Below are positions 35,221 to 42,591 of a stretch of DNA of 51,123 nt, piece by piece. Position 1 is the stretch's first letter; each line of letters starts with the position of its first letter. This stretch comes from Candidatus Chisholmbacteria bacterium RIFCSPLOWO2_01_FULL_49_14 (GTDB taxonomy: Bacteria; Patescibacteriota; Microgenomatia; UBA1400; Chisholmbacteraceae): assembly GCA_001816915.1 (NCBI GenBank), contig MHCL01000023.1, forward strand, positions 1 to 51,123, read 5' to 3'. The notes below the pieces were generated by a model that did not search any database, was not told the origin of the DNA, and saw nothing but the letters and a program-made list of their open reading frames with translations. The translations under genes and the position numbers were made by a program.

Positions 35221-36780
35221 AGCAGGACGGGAAGCGTTTGAAACTCCTGTTTTACCCTGTACACCCATCCATTTTGTAGGTTCGAAAATCCTTTCTTCTT
35301 TTTCGGCAGCTTTCAGCTGTTTCGAACGGTTCGTCAGGTTTACTGCCTCGTACAACAGTTTAAATGCCGGTGTGTACTGGTAGTCCAGAATACCTGCACG
35401 GATCTTGAGGTTATTGAATACAAAGCGTATGAACTGCCGCTTCTGGGCAAGCTCGGCTTTCCGATAAAGTTCTTTGGCTCGCTGTGAGAGGTCGTAGATA
35501 TTCAGACCGAGCCGGTAATACTTGGTATTCGCCGTTTCGTGGCGTTTGATGGTTGTAAGTAGCGTCTCTTTCTCTTCGGTATATTGCTCGAATTTCCTCT
35601 CGTAGAACTCCTTGGGAATTCGTTCATCAAGTTTATCGTCGTAGAGCTTGTCCAACCGGTTCTGAACACGCTCAAGCTGCTCCTGCAATTGCTTCAGAGA
35701 AGATGAATGATGTGCTATCTCGTCTTTATGGCTTTCTTTCAAAGCTTTCCTTATCCATTCGACAAGCCTCGGGCTTCGCAACTGGAGATTCTGGAAGCCT
35801 TCAACCAGCTGCTCTTCGACTTTCGGTTCTTTAACCCAAGTCTTGTCGGAACAGGCCCTGTATCCGTTGCAGTGTCCGTAGACATGTCTCTTCTGCACTT
35901 CCCAGGTGATCAGTCCTCCGCACTCTCCGCAGCGGATCAGGCTCTTAAACAGGAACATATGCTTCCGGTATTTCGGGGTCGTCTTGCTGACGAGAAGCTG
36001 TTGAACCCTGTCAAACAGTTCGTCGCTCACCAGTGGCTCGTGAGATCCGGGATACAGTTTTCCGTTCCAGAAGATCTTTCCTTTATAGAACGGGTTGGTT
36101 AAAATCCTGTGCGTGTTGCTCCTGACAATATTACCTCCGACGCTGTTCGTCAGACCCATTTCCAGAACCTTCTTTGTCACTTCCGTCAATGAATATTCAC
36201 CGGAAGCGTAGAGTTCGAAGAGTTTTTTGATTAGCGGTGCTTTCTCTTCGTCAACAACGTGGACTTTGTGCCCCGCTTCCCCTACCGTTTTGTATCCGGG
36301 CGGCGGTTTGGTCGGCAGCCAACCCTGGGCTATCTTCTCAACCTGCCCTTTCTTCACCTCTTCGCTTAAGTTGTCGATGTAGTTCTTGGCGAAGATGATC
36401 CGGATACCCCAGTTGAACTTTTCCTGTGAGCGGGAGTTTTGGTGAAGCACAAGCGAGTCCTTTACGAGATGCACCTGACGTTCTGCATCTTCCTCCAGCC
36501 ATTCATCAATCAGGACAGCATCTTTGAAGTTCCGCGTCAGCCTATCTACTTTTTCACAGACGATGATCTTGAGATTGCGTTTTTGCAGGTATTTCAACAT
36601 CTCTGAAAACACAGCTCGTTGTCTCCTTCCGCTCGCGGATTCGGAAATGGAGAAGGTTTTCGCTACGGTGAAGTTGTTCTTCTCCGCATAAGATCTCAAA
36701 AGCTTTTCCTGTGCCGGAAGGGAATATCCCGTTTCTTCCTGTTCTCTTGATGATACTCTTGCAAAAAGTACTGCTTTCAT
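35158..36780 (-). CDS. Large serine recombinase (integrase)
   Basis: N-terminal resolvase domain (AVLFARVSSREQ catalytic Ser, VCEKVDRLTRN), a recombinase domain, the zinc ribbon CGECGG...HCNGYRAC and a coiled-coil. The last 21 codons are antisense to tRNA-Gln. Confidence 0.9.
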   Translation of the reverse strand: MKAVLFARVSSREQEETGYSLPAQEKLLRSYAEKNNFTVAKTFSISESASGRRQRAVFSEMLKYLQKRNLKIIVCEKVDRLTRNFKDAVLIDEWLEEDAERQVHLVKDSLVLHQNSRSQEKFNWGIRIIFAKNYIDNLSEEVKKGQVEKIAQGWLPTKPPPGYKTVGEAGHKVHVVDEEKAPLIKKLFELYASGEYSLTEVTKKVLEMGLTNSVGGNIVRSNTHRILTNPFYKGKIFWNGKLYPGSHEPLVSDELFDRVQQLLVSKTTPKYRKHMFLFKSLIRCGECGGLITWEVQKRHVYGHCNGYRACSDKTWVKEPKVEEQLVEGFQNLQLRSPRLVEWIRKALKESHKDEIAHHSSSLKQLQEQLERVQNRLDKLYDDKLDERIPKEFYERKFEQYTEEKETLLTTIKRHETANTKYYRLGLNIYDLSQRAKELYRKAELAQKRQFIRFVFNNLKIRAGILDYQYTPAFKLLYEAVNLTNRSKQLKAAEKEERIFEPTKWMGVQGKTGVSNASRPAWLRGRDSNPDTILQRDVSYH

Positions 36781-37018
36781 AACTTCAATGCCCTCACTGG
36801 TGTGCTCAGACCTGTTAGAGTCTGTCCAATGAGGGCATTAAAAACTCCAACAGGTTTTCTGAGCACGATCTTATTATCAACTCTTCTCTGGATTATTTCA
36901 ACTCTAAACGTAATAGTTACAATTCTTTACTGCATAACAACATTACGGTATTTCTCTTTAACTTCAATATTCCATACCAGATCATTACTAGTAATGTTAC
37001 TGTATTACTACATAGTGA

Positions 37019-37306
37019 CTATATTTGATTTGTATATTCTCTAGCTTTATCTACTATCATTTTCTGTAAACGAAGCCAAAGGTTGGGATCTCGAAAGCGC
37101 ACCACCCAAAAATATTTTCCGTTCCTTCCTTTCACACTTGGAGGGCCGACCACCCATACCGGATTATGAGGAGAGCCTTTTGTCGTGGTGTATCTAGCCA
37201 TGAATCCTCGGATTTCAATTACCCCAGACACCACAGCGTTTGCGATAACAACGTTGCTCTTGGGGTCGTATTTCTTAATATGAATTTCAATATCTTCTAT
37301 ATTCAT
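37019..37306 (-). CDS. Hypothetical protein (possibly a SpoVG-like fold)
   Basis: 95 aa. There is loose resemblance to SpoVG (alternating beta pattern, GFMAR...VWVVGPPS...RFRDP...IVDKAREY). No search was done. Confidence 0.45.
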   Translation of the reverse strand: MNIEDIEIHIKKYDPKSNVVIANAVVSGVIEIRGFMARYTTTKGSPHNPVWVVGPPSVKGRNGKYFWVVRFRDPNLWLRLQKMIVDKAREYTNQI

Positions 37307-37307
37307 G

Positions 37308-37556
37308 TCAATTATCAGTGAAAATTAAATGTTTCAACGTTCGAATCGCGTCCGCGTATTCCTTGGCATTGACATCAACCGTCTTTGAGAAGAACTGTTG
37401 CTGAAGCGATTCACAAAGATGGCGATCGCTGAATACGAACCAACAGATTTTGTATTCGCGATTTACTCTTTCCAGCCGCACCCCTTTGGCATAAAGAAGT
37501 GCTGAGAGACTGAGATCTTTGGAGAAGAAGAAGTCGTTGTTACTATCCATAATCAA
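37308..37556 (-). CDS. Hypothetical protein, DUF5659-like
   Basis: 82 aa. LSALLYAKGVRLERV...WFVFSD...DAIRTLKHLIF matches my recollection of DUF5659. It is a paralogue of 39377-39628. Confidence 0.5.
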   Translation of the reverse strand: MIMDSNNDFFFSKDLSLSALLYAKGVRLERVNREYKICWFVFSDRHLCESLQQQFFSKTVDVNAKEYADAIRTLKHLIFTDN

Positions 37557-37590
37557 TCATTCTCTTTCTATCTCATCTGAGAAAAAAACT

Positions 37591-37815
37591 TCACGATTCT
37601 GCCTGGTAATATCCAGGATTTTTCTTTTTCAGTTCTCTTATGATGGTGTATAGCCCTTTTAGCCTTTTTGGTCGTAGATTCCAGAGAGGACATCCAGTGA
37701 TTTGGCATCGCAAGACTTCTTTTGCCTGACAACAGACGCAGTCGAGGCATTTCATGGCTATCGCCTTATTCAGGTTTTTGATTTCTCTCCGGAGATTGAG
37801 TTTGTTAGTTCTCAT
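37591..37815 (-). CDS. Small Cys-rich protein
   Basis: 74 aa. KCLDCVCCQ...LRCQITGCPLW contains six Cys and suggests a Zn-binding module. Confidence 0.5.
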   Translation of the reverse strand: MRTNKLNLRREIKNLNKAIAMKCLDCVCCQAKEVLRCQITGCPLWNLRPKRLKGLYTIIRELKKKNPGYYQAES

Positions 37816-37836
37816 CGTTGATTTGCCTCTGAAAAT

Positions 37837-38007
37837 TCAAGATCGTCTCATTTTGTCCTTGTGGCTACTTGAATCAATTTCCTCCAGGAGCCCGAAAAAG
37901 CCGATCAGATTATTAGCCACTTCCAATATAATTCTCGGCTTAAGCTTCAGCCCATATTCTTCTTCTAAAATTATCTTGAGCTCTGCTTTAATCTGTTCAC
38001 TGATCAT
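37837..38007 (-). CDS. Possible 56-aa ORF, below the track cutoff
   Basis: Hand-translated as MISEQIKAELKIILEEEYGLKLKPRIILEVANNLIGFFGLLEEIDSSSHKDKMRRS. It lies on the same strand as the surrounding operon. Confidence 0.3.
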   Translation of the reverse strand: MISEQIKAELKIILEEEYGLKLKPRIILEVANNLIGFFGLLEEIDSSSHKDKMRRS

Positions 38008-38087
38008 GAGATTTCGTGAGGCTCTTTGTTTTCGGTGATACCGATGTCCTTCGAGGCTGCTTGGATCTATCTCTGTGAGCTAGGATC

Positions 38088-38424
38088 TCACCCAATACAA
38101 AAACCACCCTCATCACAGAACTTGCTAAAATCTTCAATGTATTTGCACCACTCTTCATCTTTCTCCTTTTTGACTTCAGGTAGTGCTTTTTTTTAAAGCT
38201 TTTGAGAGATTTCTTGTGTCTTGATCTGTAACAACTTGCCAGTGGTTAGAAAAATAATCACCTTCCCACCTTTTTTCTGAAACTCAAAGTTTTTTGAAAA
38301 TTTCTCTGTATGGCTTTGTCCCTTCCGGTTCCCAGCCATGTTCGTATGCTAGATTGAGTACATAACTCCATCCAAACCTGTTAAATCTGAAAGCTCCCCC
38401 TTTTCCTCTCAAATCCATTCCCAT
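38088..38424 (-). pseudogene. Fragmented gene (one frameshift plus one in-frame TAA)
   Basis: An AAGGAG SD precedes the ATG at 38424, giving MGMDLRGKGGAFRFNRFGWSYVLNLAYEHGWEPEGTKPYREIFKKL, which stops at 38284. The reading continues in another frame (FEFQKKGGKVIIFLTTGKLLQIKTQEISQKL), passes a TAA at 38193-95, and continues KKALPEVKKEKDEEWCKYIEDFSKFCDEGGFCIG to 38088. Confidence 0.45.
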
Positions 38425-38456
38425 ATGTCTTAACTCCTTTCTGAGTACATTCTTAT

Positions 38457-38843
38457 TTATTCATTATCTGTGTATGGATACTTGAATTTTTCGAAATTCT
38501 CCTTTTCTAGTGAATGTAGTTTTTTTATTGGTATCGTCAGATAAATCGTTTTGTCTTCAACAACAACGCCTGACTCGTTGATAAGTTCATCAAATAAGAT
38601 CCATCCAACCAGCTGAAGTCGTCTCTCAGCCAGAGAGTAAATTGAAAAGATGTATACGTCTATGCCGAAATCATGTTATGCCAAATCCAATGCGACTAAA
38701 TTTTCTGGATTACTGTTCCATAGGTTGCAACTGCCTGTCCTAGATCGAAGATTCAGCTTATGCTTGGGGGATACCAGAACATTTGGACCATTTACCATAT
38801 TTTTAAACTCTGTGTAATCGTTTCTGATATCAAATTTAGTCAT
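38457..38843 (-). pseudogene. 128-codon gene interrupted by an in-frame TAA
   Basis: The ATG at 38843 overlaps the TGA of the upstream gene (ATGA). After 55 codons there is a TAA (38676-78), followed by 72 further in-frame sense codons with no Met (HDFGIDVYIFSIYSLAERRLQLVGWILFDEL...). Confidence 0.5.
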
Positions 38844-39343
38844 TTATCCTTTCTACTAATGATTGCACCTACGTCCGATTGCTCAACTCCTTTTTCGTAA
38901 TGAAGTTCAACCTTTTCTTTTTTTGAACCTTTTTTAATGGGTTTAGTAGAGCGTAATCTATCTACTATTCTTCCAAGCGCATGAAGCCTCTCCTGGTCAT
39001 TTTTAAAGCACGCATCCATGATTTCCGCTCTCTCTACGGCGATACGTGTTGTTTTAGCCAACCCAAAATTCATGTCTAAAATACGAAGATCAAGGCATAA
39101 TGGGATTTCATCTCTATCAATGAAAAGGACTTCCATCCATGCGTGTCTGAAGGTAACGCATCCCTCCTTCTTTTGCCCTATGTATTTGACCCGCAACTTT
39201 AGGCTGGCCAAATCTCTAGAGAAGTTACTGCGATATATTCTCTCTGTAATCTTCCAACCTCTTTCTTTAATTTCTTCTTCAAATGTTTTGAGCAATACTG
39301 ATTGATAAAATCTGTATAGTTCTTTAAATTGATGGTTGTTCAT
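38840..39343 (-). CDS. Hypothetical protein
   Basis: 167-aa ORF in the island operon. No motif recognised. Confidence 0.55.
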   Translation of the reverse strand: MNNHQFKELYRFYQSVLLKTFEEEIKERGWKITERIYRSNFSRDLASLKLRVKYIGQKKEGCVTFRHAWMEVLFIDRDEIPLCLDLRILDMNFGLAKTTRIAVERAEIMDACFKNDQERLHALGRIVDRLRSTKPIKKGSKKEKVELHYEKGVEQSDVGAIISRKDK

Positions 39344-39376
39344 ACTTGCGAAGAGTTATTAAGATGGTTACGCTTC

Positions 39377-39628
39377 TTACCCTCTGCTTGTAACCTCGTA
39401 GACTTTATGTCTGAAAGTATCTACTGCGTCCAAGAGATCTTTGGGCTGAACAAGGGGAGCTTGCCTACTCAGAAACGAGTTAACTAATTGCAGGCATTTC
39501 TCGAGTGGAGAGAATTGGAAGTAGATGATTGAGTTCTCTACTCTTGTCCCTAGGAACTTTATGTTGGGTTGAATCAGAAGAAACGGGCAAATTTGCCTAT
39601 CTTTACTCTCATATCTTGTTTGGTCCAT
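39377..39628 (-). CDS. Hypothetical protein, DUF5659-like paralogue
   Basis: It shares the pattern F-x-F-S-(D/P)...C..L...F.S....V..K...DA..T.(K/R)H.(I/V)(F/Y) with 37308-37556. Confidence 0.45.
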   Translation of the reverse strand: MDQTRYESKDRQICPFLLIQPNIKFLGTRVENSIIYFQFSPLEKCLQLVNSFLSRQAPLVQPKDLLDAVDTFRHKVYEVTSRG

Positions 39629-39713
39629 AGAGCTTCTCCATTACTTCATCTTTCCTTAGTCTATAGACGGAAATCAGATTTGAAAAAACCCAATAGAACA
39701 GCGGTTTGATGGG

Positions 39714-40574
39714 TTAGTTAGAGGTGTCCGTGAAAAGTTGCATGAAGCGTTTTATTTCTCTGCTCGATTTGTTTTGTTCAAAACCCCAAAGACCTTTGTC
39801 TTTCATCCACTTTATTGTGTCTTTATGTGTTAATCCCATATGCTTTTTTAGAACGAAGTAAAAATATCTATTCAAAAACGTCTCCTCGTCTTGTCTGTTA
39901 GCATCAAAATAGTTTGGAAACTTCTTCTGAATCTGCTTTAACATATTTGGCCAGCCTCTCTTTCCAGTGTTGGCTAAACTTGTGTGAGAATAGATCTTTA
40001 TCTCTAAGTAGGGTTCTAATGTATTAGGTTCTACTTGTATACTCATCCTCGGTGGTTGTTTTCTAAAAAGAACAAATCCAGGTGTAATTTCCTCGTATAA
40101 CACATAGTTCTTAATCGCTTTGTGCCAGATCGCGTTTAACTTTTTTAATTTGATCAATCGCAGCCTTCCAATTTCTCGCAAAATTGTCTTAAGTTTCTTG
40201 CTCTCCCAAGAGTTAATCTTTTTCTCAATCGCGTGTAGTTTGTCTGAAGCATTCAAATCGGGAAATAACTTCCCTCTCGCGAATTCCCGGGATACAGTAA
40301 AGTATCTATTGCATGCATTCTTACCTATCGCCTTCATTAAGTCCCTTTTCATTTGTTCCGGTTTGATCTGATACTTCAACCTAATGCCCTCGACCTCTCT
40401 ATTAAACTCTGGGATAAATCGCAATATATCTGCTATTGGCAACCAATAAGGCTTTTCGTGACCACCTTGCTTTTTAGGATTATTCTTTCGATCATCCAAG
40501 TAATCCAGTAGAAAACCTAAGTCGTACTCTCTCCGAAGAATAGCATCAATTTTTTCTTCATCTTCATCTTTCAT
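39714..40574 (-). CDS. Hypothetical protein (286 aa, basic)
   Basis: Long ORF at the head of the minus-strand island operon. No motif recognised. Confidence 0.55.
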   Translation of the reverse strand: MKDEDEEKIDAILRREYDLGFLLDYLDDRKNNPKKQGGHEKPYWLPIADILRFIPEFNREVEGIRLKYQIKPEQMKRDLMKAIGKNACNRYFTVSREFARGKLFPDLNASDKLHAIEKKINSWESKKLKTILREIGRLRLIKLKKLNAIWHKAIKNYVLYEEITPGFVLFRKQPPRMSIQVEPNTLEPYLEIKIYSHTSLANTGKRGWPNMLKQIQKKFPNYFDANRQDEETFLNRYFYFVLKKHMGLTHKDTIKWMKDKGLWGFEQNKSSREIKRFMQLFTDTSN

Positions 40575-40786
40575 ATTTTGATCTGTATTTTAACTGATTT
40601 GGTAAAATATAGATGAAAAGTGAATAATGCCTAAACCTTCCGGTATTTAACCGTCTGGCATGGCACAAAAACCTTGTGAGGAATAAGCTCCTCGTCAGAG
40701 CACCTCACAAGGTCATATCTCAAAAGGGGTATGGGTGGCGCAAGCCATCGCTGGCGGGGAGCTTCGTGTTCTCCAGCCTAATCGCA

Positions 40787-41491
40787 ATGACTATGAAGTG
40801 CCAACATTGCAAAGGAGAAATAAGTTCAAAATCTGAATATTGTTCTCACTGTGGTCAGAAATTGAAAGGCAAATATGATTCCCAAAATCCTAAAATAAAC
40901 CTTCTGGTGTTTACCGTCTTATCTTTTCTAAGTGGAGGGATTTATTTCCCTATCTGGTTTTGGCGAAGGCACTCTTTCTTTGGATACGACACTGATCAAC
41001 ACCGATTACCAATACTCAATAAATGGTTTTTGGTTGCAGCAATGTTGATTCTAATGGCTACTACTGTAATTGGGGGATGGTATAGTGCTAATTTAAGGAT
41101 TTTTGAACATGAGTTTAAAGAGCAAGCTCTTGAACATATTAGGGCAGGGGAAGATATTTTATCGGTATATAAAGACGACTCTGAACTACTAAATAAGCGA
41201 ATCTCCTTAGAAGGCAATATTCTCCTCACGGGAATAGTTAAGGGAATAATTGGTATGTTTTTGATTTATCAAGCTTTCATTGCTAGGAATGTTATTAATG
41301 TATATCTAAAGGAGGCATATCAAAAACAGATTTCTAGATGGGTGTGGATAACATCTGGCTTTTGCTTTTATATTATTTTTACGCTCGTAGGAAGCTCCAC
41401 TGATGGACTTCTGTGGTCTAATTTTCCTTTAATATTCTGGATGCAATACAAAATAAACCGCCTTTCTGAGAAAAATAATCGGAGAAGATAG
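40787..41491 (+). CDS. Zinc-ribbon plus DUF4234-like membrane protein
   Basis: MTMKCQHCKGEISSKSEYCSHCGQKL zinc ribbon, followed by TM segments with GGIYFPIWFWRR (the DUF4234-type GIY..W motif). The upstream part of the track ORF lies within a hairpin. Confidence 0.55.
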   Translation: MTMKCQHCKGEISSKSEYCSHCGQKLKGKYDSQNPKINLLVFTVLSFLSGGIYFPIWFWRRHSFFGYDTDQHRLPILNKWFLVAAMLILMATTVIGGWYSANLRIFEHEFKEQALEHIRAGEDILSVYKDDSELLNKRISLEGNILLTGIVKGIIGMFLIYQAFIARNVINVYLKEAYQKQISRWVWITSGFCFYIIFTLVGSSTDGLLWSNFPLIFWMQYKINRLSEKNNRRR

Positions 41492-41520
41492 GTCAGATTA
41501 CTAACAAGAATAGTAATAAA

Positions 41521-41709
41521 ATGAAGAAACAGAAACCAATTATATTTCTAGGAGAGAAATTAGACCCAGAGTATTACCCTATCCTGTACGAGAAGGCGAA
41601 GAAACATCCCGAAGAGTTGAAGCGCCAGCTCCTCAGCCTCGCGAAACTCCCCGGCGGGAGCATCCGGTCAGCGAAACAGGCGCTGGAAAGCGACCTCCAG
41701 CATGGATAG
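41521..41709 (+). CDS. Hypothetical small protein
   Basis: 62-aa ORF. Its 3' half is conspicuously more GC-rich than its neighbours. Confidence 0.35.
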   Translation: MKKQKPIIFLGEKLDPEYYPILYEKAKKHPEELKRQLLSLAKLPGGSIRSAKQALESDLQHG

Positions 41710-41736
41710 CTGAGTACCCATATTCTCCTGGGCTGC

Positions 41737-41994
41737 CTATTGGGCTGAAGAGCCGGCGGTTCTGGCTTGAGGTTCAGAGAACTGCGTCAGGTAAATAACC
41801 ATACCGCCGTTCTTACTTACTTCTTCGTTCTCCTTCTCAATCTGACTCGCTTCAGCTTCACTAAGGAAGTAGCCTTCCCCATCAATAAGCCTGCCATCCT
41901 GGGTTATGTGACGAACAACCTCAACATACTTATCTTTATTCCGCGCCTTGTCGAATTTGCTCTCCAGTTGTCTCAGTCTGACTTTGGTTGTCAT
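41737..41994 (-). CDS. Hypothetical protein
   Basis: 85 aa. Its ATG overlaps the TGA of the upstream gene (ATGA at 41991-94). Confidence 0.45.
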   Translation of the reverse strand: MTTKVRLRQLESKFDKARNKDKYVEVVRHITQDGRLIDGEGYFLSEAEASQIEKENEEVSKNGGMVIYLTQFSEPQARTAGSSAQ

Positions 41995-42356
41995 ACTTTT
42001 GCCTGATCCAGTCGTTTCTCTAGTTCCTCAACTCGTGTCTCCAACTCGCTCTTGTCATAAGCATCCAAGAAAGTCTTTGCCAGGTAGCCCAGTGATCCGG
42101 CGGGATTGTTGGCAGGCATCTTGCCGGTCCAGAGGCTGTTGAGTGCTTTCTCCATCAGTCTTTTTATATCTTCCGGTGTGTCCAGCTTCATTCTTCTGCC
42201 GAGCTGGTGATACTGCCTTTTGGCTTTTCCGCCATCAGAGGAGGCACTGAGAGCCTGCTCACGGGTCTCCTGATCATGTCGGAAGCAATACACACCTCCG
42301 TGCATAGCGTTAGCCTGGCATTGTGCGCCGTTTGATTTTATTGCCTTACATTTCAT
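41991..42356 (-). CDS. Hypothetical protein with an N-terminal Cys/His motif
   Basis: The N-terminus MKCKAIKSNGAQCQANAMHGGVYCFRH has a C..K..G.QC...A..G..YC..H pattern common in phage and plasmid small proteins. Confidence 0.5.
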   Translation of the reverse strand: MKCKAIKSNGAQCQANAMHGGVYCFRHDQETREQALSASSDGGKAKRQYHQLGRRMKLDTPEDIKRLMEKALNSLWTGKMPANNPAGSLGYLAKTFLDAYDKSELETRVEELEKRLDQAKV

Positions 42357-42591
42357 AACTAAGTTACCCCCATACAGAGAAGCATCTTCTGACTCGATTA
42401 TCTCACACTTTATACCTCGAGATAAATATTTATTGGTGTCTTGTAGCCTTCCTCTCGATTATCAATCAGTCCTGAGGTAAAATATGGGGAGAATGTATAC
42501 GCAGAATAAATCAATCATTGATAACGACAAGATTAAACTCTTTTCCGAACTAAAAAGCTATGAAGAACGATGATTTAATGAGATAAATACT

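Noticed and set aside
34795-35264. Minus-strand ORFs 34795-35142 and 34908-35264
   Set aside because: They are antisense to era and run across the tRNA-Gln and recombinase 3' end, so they are shadow ORFs.
42484-42573. 29-codon ORF (MGRMYTQNKSIIDNDKIKLFSELKSYEER) upstream of res
   Set aside because: It is too short, has no SD and has no support beyond being open. It might be a leader peptide, but I cannot substantiate that.
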